Shown here piece after piece: positions 52,715 to 64,000 of a stretch of DNA of 64,000 nt (within the stretch, counting starts at the first letter, position 1; every line of letters begins with the position of its first letter). The translations under genes and the position numbers were made by a program. The notes below the pieces were generated by a model. That model saw only the letters and a program-made list of their open reading frames with translations. It was not told where the DNA came from and ran no database searches. Source of the stretch: Lytechinus pictus (Eukaryota); NCBI RefSeq assembly GCF_037042905.1, contig NC_087250.1, positions 4,280,001-4,344,000 on the forward strand, given 5' to 3'.

Positions 52715-53755
52715 CCAGGCGTTTTGATCAATCCTGCGCAGCTGGGGGAAAGATCTGTTAGAATTGATTGCGACCCTTCAGTTCCGTTTTCTGGCCTGTT
52801 GGCCTGGATCCTGCAGCTACATGATCTATCATGACTTCTGCAGAAGTTGATTTGTACCTGTTACTTCCGATTCCAGGTGTTTTGACCTGGAACAATCCTG
52901 CAGCTCCACGATCTATCATGACGTGAAAGATCTTGCTAGTGGTAATTTAGACCCGTCAGATCCGTTTTTATATAGGCATGCTGGCCTGGATCCTGGAGCT
53001 AAATGACTTGATCCTGCCGAAGATGATTTGGACCTGTCCGTCCTTTTTCCGGGTGTTTTGACCTGGAACAATCATGCAGCTCCAGGACGTGTCATCACGT
53101 AAAAGATTTCGCAACAGTTGATTTGGACCAACCAGTTCTGTTTTCAGGCGTGGTGGTCTGGATCCTGCAGCTCAGGGCTCTATCATGAGTTGAAAGCTTG
53201 TGCAGAAGCTGATTTGGACCTTTTTGATATTTTTCTAGGTGTTTTTACCTGGATCAATCCTGCAGCTCCAGGACTTAGCATCACTTGAAAGATCTATTAG
53301 ATTCGATTTAGACCATCAGTTCCGTTTCCAGGGGTGTTGGTCTCGATCCTGCAACTACAAGATCCATTGTGACTTCTGTAAATGTCGATTTGGACCTGTC
53401 AGTTCCTATTCCACGTGTTTTGACCTGGATTAATAATGTAGCTCTGGGATCTATCATGACATGAAAGATCTTGCTAGAGATGATTTTGACATGTCAGTTC
53501 CGTTTCTAGGCATGTTGACCTGGATTCTGCAGCTATATGATTGATCTATCATGGCTCGATCCTGCAGAAGTTGATTGGACCTGTCCTTTCTGTATCCAGG
53601 TGTTTTGACCTGGATCAATCCTACAGCTCCATGATCCATGACTTGAAAGCATGCGCATAAGTTAGTTTGACCTGTTAGTTCCAATTGCAGGTATTTTGGC
53701 CGGGATCTTGCAGCTTCAAGACCGATCATGACTTGATAAATCTTGCAGGACTATG
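52715..53755. repeat. Degenerate tandem array, ~180-bp dimeric unit of ~90-bp subunits, ~6 units
   Basis: CCAGGTGTTTTGACCTGGA-like motif recurs near 52716, 52873, 53049, 53235, 53411 and 53596. Confidence 0.85.
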
Positions 53756-54699
53756 CTTTATCACCTACGTATATGAAGTACTTATGATATCAGGTTGGCT
53801 CGACGCGATCCATACTCGGCCACAGAACATTATCATGAAGTTCTGATATGCTTCTTCCTTCCGTATACCTCCGATACTTCTTGGCATGTCCAACTCAGAT
53901 GGAAATGATCCTGCTGATGGCACTACCACCTTGTCTCGCAATATAATTTCCTTATGAAGAGAAATGTTTCTTACACTTTGATTGATGAACAAGTAATTGT
54001 CCGACCGAAGAGGATGATGACTGTAACTTTCTTGATATATTCCTCTGTTGCATCTGCTATTCTTTGTCGAGCATACTGCATGTTTCACAGTGGCCTTGCT
54101 TTTCCGCACTTATGATTAACCCAGACAGTCTTAACTTAATTTTTTGACTAAATATATGCCCTACTCTGAGAAGGCATGTGCGACACATAAAATGTATGTT
54201 CGATTAATTCGCTAGAATTCTACCCAAAGTCCCAAGCTATTGGAAACTTACAGTGTAAAAATAATTTATTTATTTTCCTTCATCTAGAAACTGTTGCAAA
54301 ATATCATGTAAATTATGACTCAAGTGCCCAGAATTATGATAAAATGATGGAGATACATACAGTGGCAATTGCTTCTAATAAACTTGGGATTAGAATCATT
54401 GGTTTTTTTTTTTTTTTTTTTAAAGATGCTGAAATATAATGGGCAAGAATGATGAAAGAAGTCATTTGAAGCTGATTAGAAAGCTCTGTACCATCACCTT
54501 AAAATTGCTTTCCATTTTCCAGCCATACTTTTTGATGTCTTGGTACAACATACAATATCTTGCATATTACTGCTTCATCTTCATGATAGGATGCGACGTT
54601 AATGATTAGTGTCAATTACAGAGATAAACATTTCTATTAAAATGTGTTGTTGTATTTTAATGTACTGCTTCGTGACGTATTCACAAGTGGTACATGTAT

Positions 54700-55035
54700 A
54701 TGCAGTCGATGATTGAAGCTGTTTCAGGTCTACTGTCCATGCTATACAGTGAACATACATTCAATGCTGCTTGGGGCTGTTTCAGGTCTACTGTGCATGC
54801 TATGTACAGTGCACATACAGTCAATGATGCTTGATGCTGTTTCAGGTCTACTGTACATGCTATACAGTGAACATACAGTCAATGCTGCTTGAGGCAGTTT
54901 CAGGTCTACTGTGCATGCTATGCACAGTACACATACAGTCAATGATGTTTGAGGCTGTTTCATGTCTACTGTACATGCTATACAGTGAACATACAGTCAA
55001 TGCTTGAGGCCGTTTCAAGTCTACTGTACATGCTC
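54700..55035. repeat. Minisatellite, ~58-60-bp unit, ~5.5 copies
   Basis: GCTGTTTCAGGTCTACTGTACATGCTATACAGTGAACATACAGTCAATGCTGCTTGAG repeated in tandem. Confidence 0.9.
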
Positions 55036-56089
55036 TTCAAGTTAGTCAAAAATATCAAAACTTTACCGACAATTAAGTGTGTGGGCATTAATCGCCATTG
55101 CTTCCCAATTATGCATTGTCATTTGGGAGCGATTAGTTCATACCTATCAAATTTCTGCTTCCCTTTGTCCTAAAAGTTCATGCACTACAATACCCTTTCT
55201 CATTTTCATAACAGGCGAGATCCTATATAATCATTAAATAGTAAGCACATTCAATGACCCAGTGATGATTTTTGTCGGTGTGTTAGCTGTGTCATGTATG
55301 AATAAATAATATGAAGAAAAAAATCAAAAAAATCAAATCATGCATATCAAAATTATGTTTGTTTTACCTAAAAACTCTTATTATTATGCAGATATTATAT
55401 TATTTGGACTGCTATTTATTTTTCAGGTCAATGAGATATTGTTTACTCCAAGGTTTATTACTTTGACCAATTATTTTACCATTTCCATTAAAAAATTATG
55501 ACCAGATGTTGTATTTAGTAATATTTTCTATAGTTGCTATGGAAAATGTGTTGCTTAGCAACTGTTCCTGTATATGGTTGGAACGTTGCTTGATATGTGA
55601 TTGTAAAATTGGCAATTCGAAGTCAAAATATAGTTTTTTAAATGTAGATAACACCCCAAAATGGTGGTTGCTACGGTAAATATGTTACCTAGCAACTGTT
55701 GCTATACGAGGAGAGATCAGGTTGGCACCCTCTGCTAAAAATGTTCAGCACTATTTACTCTACCTGTCAGCCAAATTTCATGCTTGTACCATAATTTGAA
55801 CAATTCTTGCTAATTTTTGCACCGATCATCCAGACTATAAAAAAGCATTGCTTGTAGAGCGTGGATCCCCTATAGATTTATTTCCAATTCCACCAATGAC
55901 AATGCGTCGTTCGGTTTCGGTTCAAGATTTTTGTCCCGTTGCGGAAAACGTTTACGGGCATCTCATAAAATTTGAGCGCAAGTCCCGAATACGTGCGTGT
56001 GATTGGCTCAAAGCCAAGTCGCAATCGACTTCTAAGATTACGTTTGATTGCAGCGCTTTCTATAAACAGGTCCTGTGTATATGAAGAGC

Positions 56090-57000
56090 TCACGAAATTA
56101 CCAGTATATTTTTTGTTAATTTCTAGCCTCCTACGCAATTCTGATTTAAATACAAACGGTAAAGTTGATGGTCTATTATCTACTTTTTTGTTATTACGTA
56201 ACAAATGTATATACACAGTCCAAAAAGCAATATTAATGATATCATCTAGTTCTTTGTGCTCTTTATTATCAATCAAAAGATCGACATCATTAATAACATA
56301 TTTATTAATTATTTTTTTTACATAAACCGAACTATATGACCAAAAGTTTTAATTCAATTTACATGTAATCAAAGCATGTATTATGTCCTCTTTTACATAA
56401 AAAAAAATATTATCTTATGCATCTTCACTTATACACCGTATACATTAATTTCTTTTTACAGGCAATAAACTATACAGTATTTAGAAATTAAATGATCTAA
56501 GTTTGTTTTATTTGACTGTTAACAAGTTTCTCTCGTAACAAATATTCCAGATAATGCTCATTTTTGAAATATTTACCGAAAAGAAACATTAACGCGAAGT
56601 TGACCTTTCATGACGTATATTATAATTGTAAATGAATCTTAAAGGTATTTGATTAATACATTTTACTGAGTTACCTATTTTTTATTTGGGTATATTAAGC
56701 TCCGCAGATGTTTGTAGGTTCTCAATAATTTATAGGAAAATAAAATTATGAAATTATAGGTATAGCTTGCCTTTGTTTTTAATAATAAAAAATGACAGAG
56801 CTTTTACTTTGTCTAAATTTCAACATAAACGAAATTTCTGATTTTTTTCTAAAACCTCCATCAACATTCAAAATGTCTTCCAAGTAGATTATTTAACTAT
56901 TGTACCATTCTTTGAAAAATAGTTGTGATCTATTAAAAACAATGTAATGATTTAACCATAGAATATCATTTTTTACCTGGTATTCTTTTCTGAATGATAT
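56090..57000 (-). pseudogene. Decayed L1/Tx1-type LINE ORF2 C-terminal fragment
   Basis: EDIIHALITCK (remnant of the CCHC finger) followed by IINIAFWTVY...FKSELRRRLEIN. Many stops. Confidence 0.55.
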
Positions 57001-57459
57001 TTCTTTATCAATCGGCAGGGGGACGCGACCCCCTACCAAAAATAGTAGGGGGACACAATATCAAATGCCCCCTACTATTTTTGGTCTTTTATGATGCCGG
57101 ATAAACACATAATTTACAATTGAAATGATACATGTATTTTGGACTAAATTACCTTACATTTTAGGTGAAAACCTTTTTTTTTTTGCTCGTAATTTTTTTT
57201 GGTTCATATGCCCTTACATTTTTTGTGATATTTGTTTTGCCTGTCAAAGTTTCCAGCCCCTGGTCCCCCCTACCTTTTGGGACATATTTCCACCCATGTC
57301 AATCAGTGTCCAAGCTCGAATTATTTCAACATAAAATGGAGGCACTTTCTTATCAAACGATAGGGTAACATTGTGAACCCGAAAGTCACTATTGAGTTCA
57401 ATCAGGCTTTGTGCGGGGATTACGCAGCTCCCGTAGACAACGGGAGAGCCTATTGAATT

Positions 57460-58443
57460 TGAGCTACTGAATTTTGTAATTCCCTTAGTCTTTGTACAGG
57501 GATCTCCTGGTTCCAGTAGCCAATGAGTTTCCCGTTGCCTTCCAAATTCGTAGTTCCCGCGTATTCCTTGTAAAGAGATCACCTGGTTCCAGTAGCCAAA
57601 GGGTTGACCTGTTGATCACTGATTTTTGTAACTCCAACAGGCTATGTACAGGGATCACCTGGTTCCATTAGGCAATGGCTTAACCTGTTTACTACTGTAT
57701 TCTGTGATTCCTATAGGCTATGTACAGGGATCACTTGGTTCCAGTAGGCGATGGGTTAACCTGATGAATAATAAGATCTGTAATTCCAACAGGCTATGTA
57801 CAGGGATCACCTGGTTCCAGTAGGCGATGGGTTAACCTGTTGAATACAAAATTATGTAATTCCCATAAGCTTGTACAGCTTGATCCAATCAATCTCAACT
57901 GTATGGAAATCCATCCATACCATTTTTTTTATACAGGAAATTTCCACAATTTCCTTAATAAGCAAAACAATCACACTAAATCTTTAAGAGAATGATGAAT
58001 GCATGAATATTATTTGAACAAATTTGCATTGTACATGGGATTGTTGACGTTGCTGACCGTCCATAGTTCTGGTCGATAGAATCAATCGCAACTCTTTGAA
58101 AGACGGGGCCCAGGTTCCAGTAGCCAATGTATTAACCTGTTGACTATTGAATTCCGTAATTCCCGTAGTTTTTGCACAGGGATCACCCGGTTCTAGTAGT
58201 CAATGGGTTAATATCGTGTGTAATTAATTATGTGATTCCTAAACCATTTGTACAGCGATTACTCGGTTCTCATAGCCAATGGGTTAACCCGTTGACTTCA
58301 GGATTGTGTAATTCCCATAGACTTTAATTGTACAGGGACCAGCGAGTTCCAGTGGGCGATTGGTTAACCTGTTCATTGCAGAATTGTGTAATTCTCATTG
58401 GCTGTATACAGGGATCACCACGTTCCCGTGGACAAAGGGTTAA
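57460..58443. repeat. Minisatellite, ~80-bp unit, interrupted by a MITE fragment (~57880-58111)
   Basis: GTACAGGGATCACCTGGTTCCAGTAGCCAATGGGTTAACCTGTTGA repeated about 9-10 times. Confidence 0.85.
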
Positions 58444-59094
58444 GGAATAGGAAACCAAACATAAAGACAAGTTCGTAGTTACTTAATGGACAATATTGGT
58501 CAAATGACCTTTCATTTTTTTTCTTCATTATGATAGGCAGATTTCAAAGCAGGATATCACGTATGCATGCCTTACATAGCAGGATAAAGAAATTGAATAG
58601 ACTAGGTGACTAGAAAAGCAAATCAGTGAACACTCTATGAAGGTATTTGTTGAAATTCTACTTTGAATGCATATTATAGCATGTTGTGCAATGTACTTTG
58701 CAGACTGTGAAATACCAGTCGTTCGTGGACGCATTGTTGCTTTTGTGGATGTAAATGAAAAACACAATTCGAAAGAATATATGAATAATTAATACATCAT
58801 AGTTGGTGGTTATTTCATTAGATTGTCACTTTAGTACCAATGACCTTCCTCTGATCATGCGCAGAATCTTATGTTCATACGCAGAGTGAAACTACGAACT
58901 GGCTTATTGAACGCTTCGTGAAAGATACCCATCTGCATGATCTGGAGCCATAAACAACTCACTTGATCACCCAATCCGCCGTATCAATGAAGACTTAAAG
59001 TACTTTCTATATGCCTACTTTTGCCTCAGGCTAATTTTCCACTATGTAATTTCTCTATTTTCAATCTATCGCCATTCACATCCCTAGGAGAACG

Positions 59095-59666
59095 TAATCC
59101 AGAGAGCTCCGGCGCGCCAAGCTGGCCGAAGCCCAAATGATGACCATGCTGCCACAGGTAACAAAATAATAGTAACATGGGTAAACTCGAGATTGGGGTA
59201 CCAAGAACACCCCAAATTAACGAAGAAAAAAACCAAAATCACGCGGAGGAAGGTCTAACGGACAGAAAATCCTGACATCGAGGCAGTAGCCAGACCCTCA
59301 AATAAGAGTGGGGGGGGGGGGGGGGAACTGCGCTCGTTCACTCGCTTTCAAAATTGCAAATTCGCGCATGCGCCCTCGGTATATCCGTTTTTTGCAATTT
59401 TGAAAGGGAGTGAACGAACGCGGCGTTCCCCCCTTTTTTGAGGTTCTGGCTACTGCCTCGACGTCAGATTTTTGCTGTCCGTTAGACCTTAAATCCATGG
59501 AATTAAGGCGGGTGCATGATTTATTATTATTTTTTTTTATTTTTGGTATTTTTGTAACCCAACCTAAAAAGGTACCCATGTTACTTGTTAGTGTTTGTTA
59601 CCTGTGGCAGCCAATGGTTACCTTCTGGGCTCCAGCCCGTTTCGTGGGTCGGAGCTCTCTGGGTTA
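59095..59666. mobile_element. 572-bp foldback element with exact 9-bp TSD
   Basis: TIR TAATCCAGAGAGCTCC / GGAGCTCTCTGGGTTA with long imperfect arms. TSD AGGAGAACG at 59086-59094 and 59667-59675. Confidence 0.9.
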
Positions 59667-60044
59667 AGGAGAACGAAACTTTCGGGACAATTAGATCTCA
59701 AAACCGTCTTTGCCAAAGGTTAGTGAGCCGGAACAGCAGTCTCTTCCCTAAACTGTTAACAAATAATTTAAACAACGCGGTTTACTATCTGAATTGCCCA
59801 GTTGTTGTTTAAAAGTGTTAAACAAGTGTTTAAAATCTTAAACAACCATGATCAAATTATTCCCAAATTATTGACAATTAAACATTCAAATTTAAACTTT
59901 GTTGTTTAAGATTCTGAACACTTACTTAGAATGTTTAAACAATGTGGGATTCACATAGTAAACAGCGGTGTTGGACGTATCGGAGTGGACGAAAAATAAT
60001 TTTTAAAAATGTGTCGTTAATGCAGAGTCAAGGACAAAACTTAT

Positions 60045-60316
60045 GGGGCCCGTCTTACAAAGCGTTACGATTGATCTAATCAATCGTAACTCTATGGAAA
60101 TATATCAGTGTCATACATTTTTCTACAGGAAATTTGCACAATGTCCTTTGTAAACAAAGAGAAGCACAGTGAATTTTTAAGAAAACAATTAATGCATGAA
60201 TATACATCATAGCTAGAAAATATTTTAAACAAACTTGTGTAATACACATTGACATTGTTGGCCGTCCATAGTAGCGATTGATCGGATCAATCGCAACCCT
60301 TTGCAAGACGGGGCCC
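60045..60316. mobile_element. ~270-bp MITE (Harbinger-like)
   Basis: TIR GGGGCCCGTCTTACAAAG / CTTTGCAAGACGGGGCCC. Related to 57880-58111. Confidence 0.75.
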
Positions 60317-61339
60317 AGGTTTGATTCACCAACTTTTAACAAAGTCTTCTTGGTTGTTCTTTGTCATGTGACAATACATTTCCTCTGTTCTGGAACCCTT
60401 CGTACCTCGCCGAGCAAACATCCCTATATCACAGTGCTGTAAAGATTATTACACTGCGTCCCCTTTATCTTCATCCTCATCCTGCCCATTCGTTTTCTTC
60501 TAATAAAATTTCAATCCATTTTGCATTAAATATTTTTATTAAATTATCGTATATCCCCTGACTGCTATTCTATCAAGCATTTTGCCTACAATAGCTGGCT
60601 ACTGCATTTTGCACTTCTATCATTTATTTTTGTATCTTTTTAGGCCTATATGCATTATGATTACTGTGATTCATGTATTGAAATTACCAATAATTGCAAA
60701 AACACCTAAAAAAATATCTAACACAGAACTAGACAATTATATATAAAACACTTTAAAACACATCAATGCACAATTAATTTATTTTTTTAATCCTAGTATG
60801 CATCTACAGCGCATCATGTCTTTGTCAGTTTTTAGATAAGTATACAGCGACCTACTCCTGATTTAATAAAGGAACGGAAATCGCCAGAGGTTTTTTTTGA
60901 TAGGCGCAATATTTTGTTCTCATTTGAATAGTGATAAGCCCTAAAATCTCCTTTAATATTTTCCTTTTTTTTCTTTGCCCCCTCCTTAATTGTCCGCTCC
61001 TTGAAAAACGGCATGGGCGTCGGCTCCGCCCCTCGACCTCGTCACCCTGAATGTGGTTTCATGTGGAACAATTTACAAATCATAACCCTGACATAATTAT
61101 CTTGAAATCAGTTGTAAGCGCAGAAATATAATTTACAGACATATCTTTTTAGATAAGTGCACACCAATAATGCAATCCCCAATCAATAATGCATATGGCA
61201 TTTCCATTTATTTGACAGCAGGATAAAAGAGCATTGTACATTAAATGCCTTGCTCACGGGCATATGTGCCGCGACCGGGAATCGAACCCCGGACTTTTAG
61301 AACACTCGGCCACGGCACCTCCACTCATACCTCCAATCA

Positions 61340-62480
61340 TTTTTTTGTTTTAAATGATATTTTATTTCTTCCTCGTGATATGATTTTACAATTCCAAATA
61401 TCGCGAAACAAGTTATTCACAAACTAAGTATCTCATATAAAAAACAAACAAATAAGAACAATTCATATCAAAATTATCTCAAATCAATATAACTGTACAA
61501 TTTCTTTAAAACATTAAGTTTAACCCGAAAATATATGTTTTTTTTTATGTGAAAACTCTTATAACTTTTTCCCCCAAAAAAGTACATTATATAGAATAAA
61601 ATTACTTCAATATTTATATCATGTAAATATCAAAATTATGTCAAATCAAATAAACTACTTTTTTTCATGAAACTCTATGATCCTTAAGAGGAAGGTTACA
61701 TTTATATAATCTTTCACTCACCCACGCACCCCACACTCCCTACCACACAAGCATACCACCCCTAAAAACACACACGCACGCACACACACACACACGCTCA
61801 CAAAAACCCTCACGCACACACATCATACAACAGGTAGCACATCCGTTCCGGTCTGTCGATCTGTAACTTTGTATCATTGAAAAAAAAGAAAAAAAAAAGA
61901 ATACGATAAATGAAAAGTCAAAGAAATGCACCAATTTGTTCCCATTTTCTTAAGTGTACTCCCAAATTCCCTGTTTTCTTAGCTATATTATATTCTTCGT
62001 TTCTGTAACCTTTAATCATATCTGTTGTTCGTTGTACGGACGGTAGCTAGCCCTTTTCTCTAGAATAAAAATTATATGTTTTAGCAGAAAGATTATACAG
62101 TTTATTGCATGTATTCTCGCACATTTACCAGATAGACCGATGAAAATTGTTTTCCAATCATCAATCCTAACTTCCTTTAAATGAAGCTTTTTGATGACCT
62201 TCTTCCATAATTGTTTAACCTTTAAACAGTCTAAAAATAAATGTTGGTATGTTTCGACCTGTTGTTTACAAAAAGAACAAAACTGTCTGACTCAAAACCA
62301 AATTGGAAGAGCTTTTCTTTTGTATACACTGCCCCATGTAATAGTTTGTACTGAATCTCCCTTTGTTAACTACATATAAAAGCATTTTTCAATCTTGTAA
62401 AGGGTTTTTTCAACTCCCCTATTCCAAGATCATATTCACAATGTCCATCATAAACCTTTAATGTGTACTCTTTTTTTGAA
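61340..62480 (-). pseudogene. 5'-truncated L1/Tx1-type LINE 3' end
   Basis: Minus strand encodes FCSFCKQQVETYQHLFLDCLKVKQLWKK (CCHC finger), followed by a UTR with GT repeats and an A-rich tail. Confidence 0.8.
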
Positions 62481-62559
62481 ATTGGCAAAAAGAAGCTGCT
62501 GAAAACTGCTTATCTAATAAAAGAGAGCCAATGGAGTAAATTTGAAAGTCAAAAAGGGG

Positions 62560-62598
62560 GCCTAAGCTTTCGATCCTAGCAGAATCTTCGTCGGAGGC
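62560..62598 (-). ncRNA. Minimal hammerhead ribozyme in the pseudo-LTR of the Penelope-like element
   Basis: GCCU-CCGACGA-A-GAUU(cugcuag)GAUC-GAAAG-CUU-AGGC: stem I GCCU/AGGC, palindromic stem III AGCU. The core has a U4-to-C change. Confidence 0.7.
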
Positions 62599-63535
62599 AA
62601 AATGACAAACATATAAAGTGGAACAACCATAATATAGACCACAAACAAGCTACAGCAACACTAGAAACAAGGAGACAAAAGGGGCATTAGTGAGTAGAGA
62701 AGACCAATCAGGTTAGTGAAGGGGATGAAAGAAAAGGAGTAGGCAGACACAAAGGGAAGTTAGTGTAAGTAAGGCCAGTAAAAGACCTCAAGCCAAGAGG
62801 GATTAAAATAATGAGGCAGGCAACATCAAACAGGATCTGGAACAAAACAGTGATAATGGGATGAAAAACAAGAGAATTAGTGAGAGGTGGGTCAAACAGG
62901 TTACAAAGAAAGGCTTAATAAACTAGTTCATGGGAGTGGGGGAAAAAAAGGGAAGAAAAAGAATGGGGAACAACTGATAATGTGCAAAAGACATATAAGT
63001 ATATATGATAAAGCATTAAACAAACTAAGAGAAGAAGGTAAGTGTAAATATGTATCTATAAGTGATATGTATATAAATATATCCAAAAAAGAAATGTATA
63101 TGAAAAAATATATAAATACACATATGGTGTAACTGATATTGTAATCCGCTAGGTGTGACGGGGAAAAAACATAAGACAATATAGTAGGGGAAAAAAAAAA
63201 AAAAAAAACCTGTATATGTGAAAAAGAGGAAGCAAATTGCCTAAAAAGGTAAAAGCAAATATAGAAGAGAGGGGGTGTATTATGAAGAAACCATAGTATA
63301 CATGTAAATAAGCAAATGTGGTAAATCTAAAAGAGGTGAGTGGAGAAAAAACAAATATATATATATATATATATGATAATTATTATATCGCCTGAATAAG
63401 GAAGGAAAAATTGGAGCTGAGCTTGTATGAGATATGGGAGGAAAGTATAGTAAGAAACTATAATGTAACTATTCAAAAGAGCTGAGGGGAAAAATTATGT
63501 GTATATATAAATTGAAAGTGGATAGGAAAGAAAAA

Positions 63536-64000
63536 TCAGTCGTTCCCCTCTTGGATGTTCAGGCCATGAGGTTGGGTGGTGCGAAGTCGTCTCATCCAGA
63601 GCTTCTCCCTGCTAGTACGGACTGAGTCAGGACGGGTACCTAAAGATTCGATGCCCTGTAGCATCATGTCAGTGATGGAGTGGTTGGGGAGGTTAAAATG
63701 GCGGCCAACTGGAGTGTCCAGCTTTGCTGTGTTGACGGTGGATCTGTGCCCGTAGAATCGTTTCTTGAGTGTGGTCTTGGTTTCCCCTATGTATTGTACC
63801 CTACAAACTCTGCAAGTGATGAGATATACAACATTAGTGGTAGTGCATGTGATGTTGCCCTTGATTTGGTGAGACAGGCTGGTAGAGTTGCTGGTGAAAG
63901 TATCGCCCTCGTGAAGGTGTATTTCACATATGATGCACCTGTTGCTGGTGCATTTGAAGGTGCCATGCTGTATGGGAGAAGAATGGTTAGTTAGGGAGGG
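63536..64000 (-). CDS. C-terminal GIY-YIG endonuclease of a Penelope-like element polyprotein (5' partial)
   Basis: Open frame from the window edge to TGA at 63536-63538: FKCTSNRCIICEIH...NITCTTTNVVYLITCRVCRVQYIGETKTTLKKRFYGHRS...VGRHFNLPNH...REKLWMRRLRTTQPHGLN. Confidence 0.95.
   Translation of the reverse strand, partial: PSLTNHSSPIQHGTFKCTSNRCIICEIHLHEGDTFTSNSTSLSHQIKGNITCTTTNVVYLITCRVCRVQYIGETKTTLKKRFYGHRSTVNTAKLDTPVGRHFNLPNHSITDMMLQGIESLGTRPDSVRTSREKLWMRRLRTTQPHGLNIQEGND

Larger units (their letters stand above)
50867..55837. mobile_element. ~5-kb non-autonomous Academ-like DNA transposon
   Basis: TAGTCT...AGACTA termini, ~160-bp imperfect TIRs, 3-bp TSD TAA (50864-50866, 55838-55840). 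No recognisable transposase ORF. Confidence 0.85.
62520..64000 (-). mobile_element. Penelope-like element (Neptune-type), 3' part; continues beyond the window
   Basis: GIY-YIG ORF end, then a ~1-kb pyrimidine-rich UTR, then a hammerhead motif. Confidence 0.9.

Noticed and set aside
53765..54640. Possible transposase or helicase remnants inside the Academ-like element
   Set aside because: No diagnostic motif could be read with confidence. A translated search is needed.
52715..58443. Tandem arrays as possible CRISPR-like repeat-spacer arrays or coding repeats
   Set aside because: Whole units are homologous with no unique spacers, there are no cas genes, the context is eukaryotic, and no reading frame is maintained.
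63680..63994. 104-aa plus-strand ORF
   Set aside because: Antisense shadow of the GIY-YIG coding frame.

Overview
AT-rich, repeat-dense animal genomic DNA. The repeat families and gene content suggest an echinoderm (sea-urchin-like), which is an inference. Almost all ORFs in the supplied track are chance ORFs or single exons. Manual splicing gives two complete, divergently transcribed 7-exon paralogues with identical intron phases. Each encodes a type I membrane receptor: signal peptide, one 6-Cys SRCR domain, one WSC domain, S/T stalk, TM helix and Tyr-motif tail. Gene A is on the minus strand (23727->18147, 403 aa). Gene B is on the plus strand (34621->47968, 353 aa) and has a second candidate terminal exon at 49180-49345 with a different set of tyrosine motifs. 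Between gene B's two terminal exons lies a ~250-bp near-perfect palindrome with a minimal hammerhead ribozyme on each strand. Also present: the first coding exon of an SLC16/MCT-like MFS transporter (minus, 4872-4668), the GIY-YIG 3' end of a Penelope-like element with its own hammerhead, decayed L2 and L1/Tx1 LINEs, tRNA-derived SINEs, minisatellites, and many nested non-autonomous DNA transposons with readable TIRs and TSDs. All coordinates and alignments were done by eye, and transposon superfamily calls rest only on termini and TSD signatures.
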